Below are positions 10,704-21,978 of a stretch of DNA of 64,000 bases, piece by piece (positions within the stretch are counted from its first letter, which is position 1; the number at the start of each line of letters is the position of its first letter). The translations under genes and the position numbers were made by a program. The stretch spans positions 128,389 through 192,388 of the forward strand of contig CAWHSH010000001.1 of assembly GCA_963831935.1 (NCBI GenBank), in the 5' to 3' direction. A model generated the notes under the pieces. That model saw only the letters and a program-made list of their open reading frames with translations, had not been told where the DNA came from and searched no databases. Source of the stretch: an uncultured Bacteroidales bacterium. GTDB taxonomy: Bacteria > Bacteroidota > Bacteroidia > Bacteroidales > VadinHA17.

Positions 10704-11503
10704 CTACATGGAGATTATTTCCAGTTTCTTTCCTTCTGTCTGTTCATAAAGCTGCCTGGCCATCTCGGCCTTGTCATGGCTGAAAGAAGGATCCATGGAA
10801 TAAGCTTTCATATACGATTCATAGGCTTTGTCGTATTTCTTGATGTACATATAGTAATCTCCCTTTGAGTCGTATACGTTCGGATTTTTCGGTTCAAGCT
10901 CAATGTATTTGTCGAAGGCCTCTTGCGCTTTATCGTTCTGCTTTAGTGTCAAATATGCATATCCGAGCTGATTGTAAAAGGGTGCCGGATTTGTGGCAAT
11001 TTTAATTGCCTTATTTAAAGTTTCAACCATACCGGTAGAATCGCCTGCAAGTGATTGAAAATAAATCAGGTTATTATATGAATTGGGATCATTCGGATAC
11101 ATTTCCACAAGCTTTTTCCCCAGATCGGTAACATTTGTAGTGACCCTGTTTTACGCTTACCAGAGCATCTTTCAGAATCTCCTCAGCATCACTGAGTTTA
11201 GCTTTGCAATTTATTGCTGCATCAGCGTACCTGTTCAAAATCATCAGGAGCCCGGTTCAGAAGGTAATAAAATGCCAGCTGGTAATTAACCATGAAAAAA
11301 TCAGGGTCCTGATCAAGAGCTTTTTTAAAAGTTTCAAGTGCTTTATCCAGCTTAACTTCATCAAAGTATTTCATGGCCTGGTTGTAAATCGTCAATGCTG
11401 ATTTAGAATTCGTGGTTACAGGCATCAGCTTTACTTTCGCAGGCTGGGAATATATCATTATCCCTATTGAAATCGATATCATTGCCAGAAACAATTTTTT
11501 CAT
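10704..11503 (-). pseudogene. TPR-repeat secreted protein; frame broken at least twice between 11108 and 11222
   Basis: ORF 11222..11503 gives a signal peptide plus TPR-like helices. ORF 10704..11108 gives TPR repeats (AYLTLKQNDKAQEAFDKYIELEPKNP...). The 114-nt gap between them reads through only in a third frame. Confidence 0.6.
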
Positions 11504-11696
11504 TTTTCTAAATTTTTATATTGTTGATCTTATACATTGTTTCAAAATTACTTATGCAATTATATATTCAATTGCAAACTTTATGTATAACAATTAAAAA
11601 CACACGATGGTTTACTAAGTCATTCTTTAAGACCATGTCTCTTTAGCTGTCGGTTTTATTTTTTCCGGGATCTGCAGACCTCTGCGGCAAATCCGG

Positions 11697-14348
11697 TTAT
11701 TTTGTTGTAATTACAAGAGAAGCTTCCCTTAATCCTTCAGCTGTAGCCCTTACACTGATTTTCCCGGGGTTTGTATCCGGCCGGATTATTGCAAGGCATA
11801 TTCCCTGATAAGCTTTTTTCCTCGGCTGCTGAAAACTCGACATATCTCTCGGATTGCCGCTTCCGACACCGGCAACCTTTCCGTTTCCTGTAACCTCAAA
11901 GTTTATAACTATATCATCTGCATCAGGAACAATGTTACCTTTGGAATCGGTTATCTCGGCTCTCACATAAGACAGATCATTGCGGTCTGCTCTGATTTTG
12001 GTTCTGTCAGCAACCAGCCTTACAGATGCAGGTTTGCCGGTTGTTACCAGAGTCTGCGATGCTGATTCCCTGCCATTATCATAACAATGCGCAATGAGCG
12101 TTCCCGGCTCATAAGAGACCTCGAATGAAGCTGTGATTGATTTTTCCTGATCGACATTCTGTTCACCAATAATTTTACCGTTCAACTCAAGCCTGACCTG
12201 CTGAGAGCGTGTGTAAACGTGTACCTGAAGTTTTTTACCTTCCTGACCCGGCCAATTCCAGCTTTTAAGTTCATCAGGAAATCCCCAGCGGCTTGTAACC
12301 TCTTTTTTACCTTCAGGTATCGGACGGTGTACAAACATCTCAACTTTGCTTTTACGCCACACAACGTACTGATAAAATGAAGGCACCTTTCTGTTCCCGA
12401 TCAGGTCAATATCGCCCTGATAATTTGTATATACCGGCCAGGTATCGCGCCTGAAGAATCCTCCTCCCGGAATGTTTGCAGGAGGGCCTGCTGCACTTGC
12501 ACCTGGTATGCCAGGCATATCCGCAGGAGGACCAGTAAGGTTTGGAGCCGGTGCTCCCTGCCGGCCTGCTGGTCGGGGACCTGTTGGGGCCTCAGATGGT
12601 CTTTGATTATTAACTTCCCCGACATCACGGAGCTGAGGCATACCAACACCAGCTTCGCCAATGTTATCGGTGGCAGTCCAGACAAAATACCCGATTACAT
12701 AAGGAAGCTTCTCAACCAGTTGATAATTCTCCAGTGCAAAAGGAGGATTTGTTTCAGTTCCAACCATAATCCTGTCAGGATATTTTTCATGATCAGACTC
12801 ATACCTTGTATAAGCGTAGTTATATCCGACAACATCCAGTAATTCCAGATGTGTTTCAAAATCATCCCATCTGCTTCTGCCCGGCGCACTGCCGGCACCC
12901 ATCCCAAGCATTGCTTCTGTAATAGCTCTGGTAGGATCAAGGCGACGTATTCCGGTTGTGAGGTTTTTTGCTATTCTGTAACCTGAGGTATCGGCTGCTT
13001 CACGGATTTCATTCCCGATGCTCCAGATTATAACTGACGGGTGATTGCGATCGCGCATGATCCACGACTCCAAATCTTTACGCCACCATTCCCTGAAGTA
13101 CAAATGATAATCCTTCTCCTTTTTTGGTCTTTCCCACATGTCGAATATTTCATCAATCACTACCATTCCCAACCGGTCGCATGCATCAAGCAATGCAGGC
13201 GAGGGAGGATTGTGACTGGTCCTTATTGCGTTGAATCCAGCCTTTTTCAGTACCTCAATTTTGCGTTCCTCAGCACGGTCGATAGATGCAGCTCCCAGCG
13301 GACCGTTGTCGTGGTGGTAGCAACCACCAATCATATCAACCATTTTACCATTGATAGTCAATCCATTCCGGGCATCAATCTTTATACTGCGAATGCCAAA
13401 CAGAGTTTCCTGATAATCAACTACTTTTTCATCTATCAGTACATAAACCTTTGCCTGATAAAGGTTTGGTTCATCTATTGACCAGAGAGATGGTTTCTTT
13501 ACCGGGATATTCTGTACTACTTCAATGGTCTTGCCAGGTGTCAATGCAGAATTACTTTTGACTGATCCTGATAACCTGCCTGAAGGATCAAATAGCTGAG
13601 TCTGCAGGACAATGTTTTTATCCTGAGTTCCTGTATTCACAAGTGTGGATGCAATTTTAACTTCAGCAGAACTTTCAGAGACTACTGGCGTTGTAATATA
13701 AAGACCTCCTGATATATCTATATGAACAGGATTTACAAGAGTAAGCCATACATGCCGGTCTATTCCTGATCCGGAATACCAGCGTGAATTCAATCCTTCA
13801 TTCTTAACCCTGACCGCAACAATATTAGGCTCCCCGGCAGGATTAAGATAAGAAGTAATATCGTAATAAAAAGGAGTATAGCCATATGGATGAAATCCAA
13901 GATATTTCCCGTTAAGCCACACATCGGTATTCATATATACCCCGTCAAACTGGAGGTAAGCATTCTTGTCCTTGTCGTCCTCATTGACTGTAAAGGGTTT
14001 TCTGTACCAGCCAATCCCTCCGACCAGATAGCCGGAACTCATTTTATCAATGGAAGATTTATCAAACGGTCCGACTATACTATCATCGCTCTGACCCGGA
14101 AGATCCTCAATACTCCAGTCATGGGGTACGTCGAGAATTCTCCAGGATGAATCGTTGAAATCAGGATTCTCAGCACCTGAGAGACTGTCTTTTATGAAAT
14201 GCCAGCCATCGTCAAATGATATTGTTCTTGCATTAACATTAGTTTCAGGCTTTCTGCTGCATGAGATGAAGCAAAGAAAGACTGATACCATCATTCCGGA
14301 GAATGCACATAAAAAAAGTACTTTCAAAAAAGGTTTTCTTTTTTTCAT
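11697..14348 (-). CDS. Glycoside hydrolase family 2 (beta-galactosidase-like), secreted
   Basis: 883 aa. GH2 sugar-binding, Ig-like and TIM-barrel order. NHPSVIIWSIGNE carries the acid/base Glu. Signal/lipoprotein-like N-terminus ending in ISC. Confidence 0.85.
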   Translation of the reverse strand: MKKRKPFLKVLFLCAFSGMMVSVFLCFISCSRKPETNVNARTISFDDGWHFIKDSLSGAENPDFNDSSWRILDVPHDWSIEDLPGQSDDSIVGPFDKSSIDKMSSGYLVGGIGWYRKPFTVNEDDKDKNAYLQFDGVYMNTDVWLNGKYLGFHPYGYTPFYYDITSYLNPAGEPNIVAVRVKNEGLNSRWYSGSGIDRHVWLTLVNPVHIDISGGLYITTPVVSESSAEVKIASTLVNTGTQDKNIVLQTQLFDPSGRLSGSVKSNSALTPGKTIEVVQNIPVKKPSLWSIDEPNLYQAKVYVLIDEKVVDYQETLFGIRSIKIDARNGLTINGKMVDMIGGCYHHDNGPLGAASIDRAEERKIEVLKKAGFNAIRTSHNPPSPALLDACDRLGMVVIDEIFDMWERPKKEKDYHLYFREWWRKDLESWIMRDRNHPSVIIWSIGNEIREAADTSGYRIAKNLTTGIRRLDPTRAITEAMLGMGAGSAPGRSRWDDFETHLELLDVVGYNYAYTRYESDHEKYPDRIMVGTETNPPFALENYQLVEKLPYVIGYFVWTATDNIGEAGVGMPQLRDVGEVNNQRPSEAPTGPRPAGRQGAPAPNLTGPPADMPGIPGASAAGPPANIPGGGFFRRDTWPVYTNYQGDIDLIGNRKVPSFYQYVVWRKSKVEMFVHRPIPEGKKEVTSRWGFPDELKSWNWPGQEGKKLQVHVYTRSQQVRLELNGKIIGEQNVDQEKSITASFEVSYEPGTLIAHCYDNGRESASQTLVTTGKPASVRLVADRTKIRADRNDLSYVRAEITDSKGNIVPDADDIVINFEVTGNGKVAGVGSGNPRDMSSFQQPRKKAYQGICLAIIRPDTNPGKISVRATAEGLREASLVITTK

Positions 14349-14581
14349 TTACGTGAGTTTAGGTTAAATGATATTATGCGGGTTCTTATAAACAGACAAC
14401 CCCTTAAATATCCTTATTTCGAAAAACGACAAATATTGGTGGAAAAACCTGTAAATTTTTATCTGGTAAAAGTTAACATTTATTTTCAACTCACAGGAAA
14501 TATACTGACTTATCAATTTCAACATTCTCAACATTTCCCTGTCCGTGGAAGATATTAACACAACGGGGCAACAGTACTTTT

Positions 14582-15697
14582 TTAATTGTCAAAATAGTCC
14601 AGAAAATCCCCCATGCCGTAACTTTGGCATAGTCTTTTGAATTCGTCAAGCAATTCACTTCTAAACTGGACACCTTTATCTTTTCTTTCCATCCACTTAT
14701 AATACTCTTTTTCACCGGCAGTATAAATCCGGCTTTGTCCCGGCATTTTTCTTGAATCTCTGATCTCACGCAGTATTTGGCCTGTAGTCATTTTAAAATC
14801 AGAGGGATCAGCAAAAGCACCAACATCAATCGCAATGAAGAAATGTCCCAGGGAATATGGCACTTTTTCCCCATTATTTACCCCAAGCAGCATTTTAAGA
14901 AATGCTCCCTGTGCCAGGGCTGATGAGAGGATCTCGACTACCGTGGCATATCCGTAACCCTTGTAACCTCCTGTTTCTTCTCCCACTCCCCCAAGCGGTG
15001 TTAGAGCAGCCCGGCCACTAATAAGATCAATAAGTACCTGTTTTGAATCAGTTTTGGTTTGTCCGTTTTCATCAATTACCCATCCGGCTGGCAGTTCTTT
15101 GCCTTCCCTGGCATAGAGTTCTATTTTGCCCCTTTGAGTGATCGAGGTTGCACAATCGAGTAAAAACGGGAATGGCTCATCTGTGGGAATTCCAAATGTA
15201 AGCGGGTTTGTACCAATAATATTCTCCACGCCAAAAGTAGGTGCAATGGAAGGGCGTGCATTGGTACCCGTGATGCCTATCATATTTTCCTGCACAGCCA
15301 TAAGAGGGTAGTACCCGGCAAATCCGTAATGATTTGAGTTTCTGACTGCTACCATTCCCAATCCAAATTTTCTGGCTTTATCAATGGCAAGCTTCATCGC
15401 ATTGTAAGATATCACCTGTCCCATACCGTTATGTCCGTCAATGACAGCTGTTACCGGCCCTTGCCTTACAATTTCAGAATTTGTAACAGGATTTATAATC
15501 CCCTCTTTAATCCTGTCGAGATAAATGGTCTTCAAACGGTTTACTCCGTGAGAATCAAATCCAAGCTTATCCGCCTGGAGCAGGACATCCCCGACAATTC
15601 CGGCGTCTGCCCCGGGAACGCCCGCCCTTGTAAGTATCTCTGGCAGAAATTTTTCAAGTATCTCAAAAGAAATAAATTTAGGTTCCATAGGCTTCAT
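14582..15697 (-). CDS. Ldh_2-family (malate/L-lactate/sulfolactate dehydrogenase type 2) oxidoreductase
   Basis: 371 aa. FDSHGVNRL, VRNSNHYGFAGYY and GTNPLTFGIP blocks are characteristic of the Ldh_2 family. Confidence 0.8.
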   Translation of the reverse strand: MKPMEPKFISFEILEKFLPEILTRAGVPGADAGIVGDVLLQADKLGFDSHGVNRLKTIYLDRIKEGIINPVTNSEIVRQGPVTAVIDGHNGMGQVISYNAMKLAIDKARKFGLGMVAVRNSNHYGFAGYYPLMAVQENMIGITGTNARPSIAPTFGVENIIGTNPLTFGIPTDEPFPFLLDCATSITQRGKIELYAREGKELPAGWVIDENGQTKTDSKQVLIDLISGRAALTPLGGVGEETGGYKGYGYATVVEILSSALAQGAFLKMLLGVNNGEKVPYSLGHFFIAIDVGAFADPSDFKMTTGQILREIRDSRKMPGQSRIYTAGEKEYYKWMERKDKGVQFRSELLDEFKRLCQSYGMGDFLDYFDN

Positions 15698-15980
15698 TTA
15701 GGATTATCATTTATTAACAAAAGCAACTAATATTGTAGTATAAACTTAGTAATATTTTAACCATAGTTACATTTCTTTTGAAAGAGTTAGTCAGGGATTA
15801 TTTGTATTTGTTATCGGATCGTCCGTAGAAATCCTAAAAGTAGTGTTTGAGTGGATGTTGTCTTCTCCGGAGGAATGGATTTATCATTGAAAAAATCCTT
15901 TCTTTTTTACCGGATGATCACGCAATTGCAACGTTTATCTTCTTAACTTTATACCAAACCCAAAATTAACCAATTTACCC

Positions 15981-18315
15981 ATGAAACCAGGAGGACTAAC
16001 AAAAGTCGAAGTTGCTTTCCAGAAACGTTCAGGAAGGAAAGAATACTCAACAACCATTCCTTATGTTGTTGTTCAGAATTTCCCGAACCTCGGATTGCTT
16101 ACTTCCCTGAGGTTCCTGGAGTGGGTTGCGGAAAATCCTGAAGGAGTTATAAGCCTGCCGACAGGAAAAACTCCGGAATATTTCATCAAATGGACAAATA
16201 TGCTGCTGTCGGGCTGGAAAAAGCCTGAGAACAGGAGGCTGATGGATGAAAATGGGCTGACCCTTTCAAAGAAGCCCTCACTCAAGGGATTGCATTTTGT
16301 CCAGATCGATGAATTCTACCCGATAAATCCGAAGCAACATAACAGTTTCTTCGATTATGTGATGAAATATTATATTAAGGGATTTGAGCTTGATCCGGCA
16401 CGTGCTCTGTTCATTAACTCCGATAAAATAAGGCTCCCCGGGAGTTTTACCTACCGTGAGGTTTTCCCCGACAACAGGATTGATCTTTCACTCAGGAACC
16501 GGGAACCATCATCGCAGCAGGAAAGAATACAACAGGATTCGATATTCAGCATTGACAACTGGTGCACTGTCTATGAGAACAAAGTCAGGGAACTGGGCGG
16601 TATAGGCTTTTTTCTGGGCGGACTAGGCCCTGACGGACATGTAGCATTCAATACTCGCGGCAGCGACCACAATTCAACTACCCGTTTGACAGCAACAAAT
16701 TTTGAAACACAGGCAGCAGCTGCAGGAGACCTGGGAGGAATTGAGGTCTCGAGGAACAGGCTTGTTATTACGATCGGCCTTGGCACGATAACTTATAATC
16801 CTGATGCTGTTGCAATTATTTTTGCAGCTGGTGAGGCAAAAGCAAATGTCGTAAAGAATGCCCTCGAGAATCCTCCTGAAAATCAATATCCTGCCACTTC
16901 ACTGAACAGGCTTAAGAATGCACGTTTTTATCTGACAGAAGGGGCAGCATTCCAGCTCGACGATAGTATTGAAAGATACTATAAGAATGGCGCCTGGACA
17001 TTTGATAAGACAGAAAAGGCGGTATCTGACCTTTGTGAAAGGATCGACAAATATGCTCATAAGTTGGTTCTAAATGACCTGAAGAATGATAAATACTGTG
17101 CAATGATTCCGGATCTGAGCCTGACCAGAGTTCAGGAAGTAATGGAATCAACAAGGAGGAAAATAGCGACAGGATTGCATAAAGAAGGAGACCAGGTATT
17201 CCTTCACACCGGACCCCATCACGATGACATTATGCTTGGGATCTTCCCTTGCATTATACCGCAGCTTCGTATTAGCTCGAACAGGTTTCATTTTGCCGTT
17301 TTGACATCTGGTTTTACAGCGGTGACCAACGATTTGCTGCTGAATCTGCTGGAGAAAACACTTAACCTGATCCGCATTGGGAAAATTGAAATGCTTCGAT
17401 ATCCTGATTTTTATGAGAAGGGATACAGGTATAAGTTTGACAAGGATGTCAGCCATTATCTGAATAAGATTGCCGCCAATGATGAAATGGGCAAGCTCCG
17501 TGGCATCTGCCACCGTATCACAAGGGTGATGGTTCTGATATATAAACTCACATCAGAGAAAGAGCTGACCTTACAACTGGAAAAGAACATTGAACTACTG
17601 AAATCAAGTTACAGTGGTGAAAAAAATCCTGCTGATATTCAGAAACTTAAAGGCATGTTACGCGAATTTGAAGAGGAACTGGTATGGGCACATTACGGGG
17701 TCAAGGTTCAGGATATGGAGCATCTTCGCCTGGGATTTTACACTGGCGATATTTTCACTCCCCAACCACAGAAAGAACGGGATGTGTTACCAATTCTGAA
17801 AATGCTCAGGCGGGTACAACCAACAGTTTTAAGCCTTGCATTCGATCCTGAAGGTTCGGGGCCTGACACACATTACAAGGTATTGCAGGCGATTGCCGAA
17901 GCACTGAGGCAATGGAAAAAGGAGAAGGACCTTTCAAATCTGAGGATTATCGGCTACAGGAATATCTGGTATAAATTTCATCCTTCAGAAGCTAATGTTT
18001 TCACGCCGGTATCACTGAATTCTATGGCTGTCCTTGAACTGGTCATTCAAGAATTGTTATATCAGTCAGGTTAATGCTTCATTCCCCAGTTATGAATTTG
18101 ATGGCCCATTCAGCGACCTGTCGCAGAAAATCTGGGTTGAGCAGTTTAAACGAATACAGCTGATTCTTGGTAAAGACTTCTTCTATGAGAATGAGAGTCC
18201 AAAAATTCGTGCTACCCATGGTATGATATATTACAAAGAGATGAGAGTGGATGAATTTCTGATGCATGCCAGGGCGCTCGAAAAAAGTATGGAAGGAGAT
18301 GTGCTTTATGAATGA
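15981..18315 (+). pseudogene. Long-form glucosamine-6-phosphate deaminase-like protein (NagB domain plus LmbE/PIG-L-like domain); one frameshift near 18035-18075
   Basis: N-terminal NagB/6-phosphogluconolactonase-type fold (ISLPTGKTP...GLGPDGHVAFN). The central GPHHDDIMLG resembles the PIG-L AHPDDE motif. The C-terminus continues in ORF 18034..18315, which is in another frame. Confidence 0.7.
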
Positions 18316-18793
18316 ATTTTACTTTGAAAGTATGTCCCGTCTTTTCCGGAGTCAATATAACCCCCTCTTCAAAATCATTATACTTAAAAATAAGGAAATT
18401 GGATTGATGTTCCCTGTACTCGGTAAACATCAGGTTTTTAACTGTAAATAGGTTTGCTTTTTTATTATAATAACATCTGAATTCCAATTTCAATTCACCG
18501 TTGGATGACTCGATATTTGTCAGGCTAACTTTAAGCTTTTTATTGTCGGCAGTTATCCGTACTCTAGCCTCAAGATATTTACCAACCAATATTTGCGTTG
18601 TATCAATTTTCCGTGAAGTATCAAAATACTGATCATCATTAATAGCAAACCTGTAATCAAAGATAAAATCAGTATAACTCAGTTTAATAAAACCCTTAAT
18701 TATCCCCTTTTCAGGAAAACATTCCATACTCATGAATGATTCGTTCATTGGATTGGCAAATACCCAATATGATAATATGAGTGCCTTTAACAT
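18212..18793 (-). CDS. Hypothetical protein
   Basis: 193-aa ORF with no motif I recognise. Its last ~100 nt overlap the convergent NagB-like tail, so the true stop may have been lost or shifted. Confidence 0.4.
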   Translation of the reverse strand: MLKALILSYWVFANPMNESFMSMECFPEKGIIKGFIKLSYTDFIFDYRFAINDDQYFDTSRKIDTTQILVGKYLEARVRITADNKKLKVSLTNIESSNGELKLEFRCYYNKKANLFTVKNLMFTEYREHQSNFLIFKYNDFEEGVILTPEKTGHTFKVKFIHKAHLLPYFFRAPWHASEIHPLSSLCNISYHG

Positions 18794-18931
18794 CCTTGAT
18801 AATTTTTATATATCATCTAACATGGTGATTCTGCAAAATTACGGTTCTTTTGTCTCCGTTTTACAGACGGGTATTAAAGTGGCCGATTCGCTAATTGGAT
18901 GTGAGTCTTTGCTCACCTGTAAATAAGAAAA

Positions 18932-18960
18932 GCCCCCGGAGTTGAAATCCGGGGGCTGGT
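18932..18960 (-). terminator. Rho-independent terminator (minus strand)
   Basis: GCCCCCGGA-gttgaaa-TCCGGGGGC hairpin, followed on the minus strand by TTTTCTT. Confidence 0.6.
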
Positions 18961-18985
18961 AATCACGTTATTTTTACCGTGACTG

Positions 18986-19153
18986 CTATATTGATTTTTC
19001 CATAATGTTAAAGCCTGCAGCCATCTGGGCTTCTCTCTCCACTTTTTGCATTTGAGGGTTTAACTTAACAGCCCGGGAATTGCCATTCGTCGAAATCAAG
19101 AACGATTCTGAGATCCAAAAGAGGCTCATAATATTCATTCCCTTAGTTTTCAT
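18986..19153 (-). CDS. Possible 55-aa small protein
   Basis: My translation is MKTKGMNIMSLFWISESFLISTNGNSRAVKLNPQMQKVEREAQMAAGFNIMEKSI. It ends 26 nt before the terminator at 18932-18960. No homology recognised. Confidence 0.25.
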   Translation of the reverse strand: MKTKGMNIMSLFWISESFLISTNGNSRAVKLNPQMQKVEREAQMAAGFNIMEKSI

Positions 19154-19437
19154 AACCTCTCATCTTTGTCCTTTTAATGGATACAAATAATATACCATTC
19201 ATATTAAGTAAGACTCTAAAATCCAATAATTAACAAAACTTTAAGATTTATATTTCAGCGTTGTATAAATTGTAAAAGAATATCGGGAAAACATGATCAT
19301 GGATGCCGGATGCTCTTTTTTATGATGTTTTCATATTTATCCTTTTATTTTTATTTGCTGAAATTTTTAGGGTTGAAAAATTTACTAATATTGGAACTCT
19401 GATTGTAATTCTGGTCGTTAAATTCTGAAGGAGCTAA

Positions 19438-20963
19438 ATGATTGATACAAATCATATCGGGTTTGACAATGAGAAATACCTTAGGGAGCAGACTCTGCTA
19501 TTCTTGAAAGAGTGAGCCGTTTCAACAATAAATTGTACCTCGAATTCGGAGGCAAGATTTTATATGATTATCATGCAGCCAGAGTACTTCCGGGATTTGA
19601 TCCAAATGTCAAGATGCGGCTTCTGCAGATTTTAAAGGATAAAATTGATGTAATCCTATGCATCCATGCAGGTGATATTGAAAGAAAAAAAGTCAGGGCT
19701 GATTTCGGAATTACCTACGATGTCGACTCATTAAAGACAATTGATGATTTCAGGGAATGGGGTATCGATGTCACAGCTGTGGTTATTACCCGTTATCAGA
19801 ATCAATCACCGGCAAAGGCTTTTAAAAATAAGCTTGAGTTAAGGGGAGTCAAGGTTTATCTGCATTACCCCACGAAAGGATATCCCTCAGATGTTGACCT
19901 TATTGTAAGCGATCAGGGATTTGGAGCAAACGAATATATCAAGACTACAAATCCTATTGTTATCGTAACAGGTCCGGGGCCAGGCAGCGGTAAGCTTGCC
20001 ACCTGCCTGTGCAATCTCTACCATGAGTATAAAATCGGAGTGAAGGCCGGTTATGCAAAGTTTGAAACATTTCCAATCTGGGATCTGCCTATTGATCATA
20101 AGGTCAATATTGCCTATGAAGCTGCCACTGTTGATCTTAAAGACGAAGTTCTGATTGATGAACTTCATCTGAGAGCATATGGTGTAAAGATTGTGAATTA
20201 TAATCGTGATATTGAAGCGTTTCATCTGCTTAAAAGGATAATTGAGAAAATAACGGGTGGTGAGTCTATGTATCAGTCTCCGACTGACATGGGTGTAAAT
20301 CGCGCAAGTTCGGGTATTGTGAATGATCGAATAATCACGGAAGCATCCCACCAGGAGATTATCCGGAGATATTTCAGGTGTGCTGTTGAATATGCAATGG
20401 GACTGGCAGATAAAGACACTCTTGACCAGGCTGTTAAGATCATGGAAAAGGTTGGCGCAAAAGTTGAAGACCGAAGGTTGTATTACCAGCAAGAGAAGCT
20501 GCCAAAGATGCTGAAAAATGTGGGAAAGGCAATGCAGGTATGTTTTGCGGAGCTGCTATTGAGTTGCATGATGGAACAATAATAACAGGTAAAAATTCTC
20601 CTCTGCTGCATGCATCTTCGAGTCTGATTTTGAATGCTGCCAAACATCTGGCCGAGGCTCCCCGATAATTTATACCTGTTGCCGAAAAACATAATTGATT
20701 CAGTAACCTATTTGAAAAAGGATATCCTGAATGGCAAAATGGTTAGTCTCGATGTGGAAGAAACTTTGATTGTCCTTGGCATAAGCGCATTATCTAATCC
20801 GGCAGCTCAAATGGCATTGGAAAACCTGAAAGGTTTACGAGGTTGTGAGGTGCATATTACACATATCCCTACCCCCGGCGATGAAGCGGGATGGCGAAAA
20901 TTAATGGTAAACCTGACATGCGATCCTGAGTATTCGAGCAAGAGACTTTTTATAAGCGGATAA
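19438..20963 (+). pseudogene. DUF1846 (UPF0371)-family protein; about three frameshifts
   Basis: MIDTNHIGFDNEKYLREQT (frame 1), then SRFNNKLYLEFGGKILYDYHAARVLPGFDPN (ORF 19512..20582), then AAIELHDGTIITGKNSPLLHASSSLILNAAKHLA (third frame, ~20477-20660), then ORF 20634..20963. The combined length and the FDNEKYL/LYLEFGGK blocks fit the DUF1846 family. Confidence 0.75.
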
Positions 20964-20976
20964 GTGCCAATCTGAT

Positions 20977-21696
20977 TCAATAATCCCAGACGCAACGTAC
21001 AGACAAACCCTGGTTCTTAGGGTAGAAGGCTTTTTGAACACGGTTGTTATCATAAAACATGAGCCTGCTGGCAGCCCAGTCATCTCCAAAGGCAGTAGTC
21101 CACCAGCAACCCATTTCACGAAGGCTGTCGAATGGGGCATCAGGATTGTTAAGACGTATACCCCCCGGGAAGGCTTTGAAGCCGCTTTCATCGGTGGCAC
21201 CGGTATTGGGGCTGTTCCAATGCCTGAAACCGGATTCTTTCAGCTTGCCACCTGCTATATTTTCGCCTCCCAGATAGTCTGTCAGTTTAGTCCATTCAGC
21301 ATCACTGGGGACATGCCAGCCTTTGGGACAAAGTTTACCTGTGTTAACCGTATACCAGTTATAAAGGAGTCCGTAAGTTACCCGATAAGCCAGATCATTG
21401 ACCTGCCAGCAGTATCCGGGGGTTGAAAGATTGCTCCAGGATCCTGTATCCATTACAAGGGGTATGGATGTCCCATCATTATACTTCGTGGTCTTAAGGT
21501 TCTGAACCATCCAGGTTTGAGTGCCGATCGGAATGGTCTTATAAGTATTCCCATCCCGATCAGTCATACTGCCGTACACAATCCATGGTCGGAGATTCAT
21601 GTGATCAAATGCAAAATCATCTTCCTTATTGCAGCTGTAAATTGAAATAACGACAGATATTAACGGGTAAAGTAAAATGCTGTTTTTTATTTTCAT
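20977..21696 (-). CDS. FISUMP-domain (Fibrobacter succinogenes major paralogous domain) lipoprotein
   Basis: Lipobox IYSC. Family blocks IGTQTWMVQNLKTTKYNDG, YGLLYNWYTV, CPKGWHVPSDAEWTKL and C-terminal GLSVRCVWD. Confidence 0.8.
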   Translation of the reverse strand: MKIKNSILLYPLISVVISIYSCNKEDDFAFDHMNLRPWIVYGSMTDRDGNTYKTIPIGTQTWMVQNLKTTKYNDGTSIPLVMDTGSWSNLSTPGYCWQVNDLAYRVTYGLLYNWYTVNTGKLCPKGWHVPSDAEWTKLTDYLGGENIAGGKLKESGFRHWNSPNTGATDESGFKAFPGGIRLNNPDAPFDSLREMGCWWTTAFGDDWAASRLMFYDNNRVQKAFYPKNQGLSVRCVWDY

Positions 21697-21978
21697 GTCA
21701 GTCTGTTTGGAAAAACGGTAACCATTATTTCACAAATGATCTATTTATTGTTCTTATCTCTCATCATCAAAGTTACACTTTGTTCAAATCAAAGTCAATT
21801 TCATTTTGTTTTGAAATGCACCCGTAACAAACAGAGAACGGTTTTTTTAATGATTTATCAGACGAAGGAACCGTAAATCCATTACATCATCTTAATTAAA
21901 CAAAAGAATTTGAAATTCGTTAATTTGTTTTGATATTTTGTTCCCCCGGTTTTCGTAAATTTGAAAAAAATTTAAAAG

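Noticed and set aside
18212-18315. A ~100-nt convergent overlap between the hypothetical gene and the NagB-like C-terminus was considered as a possible antisense regulatory arrangement.
   Set aside because: The NagB-like gene already has a frame break 200 nt upstream, and the tail of the hypothetical ORF looks like read-through (…RAPWHASEIHPLSSLCNISYHG). A shifted or lost stop is the simpler explanation.
20977-21696. FISUMP and FGE-sulfatase (C-type-lectin-fold) proteins are frequent variable targets of diversity-generating retroelements, so I looked for a DGR.
   Set aside because: There is no reverse transcriptase gene and no template-repeat copy of either C-terminal coding region anywhere in the window.
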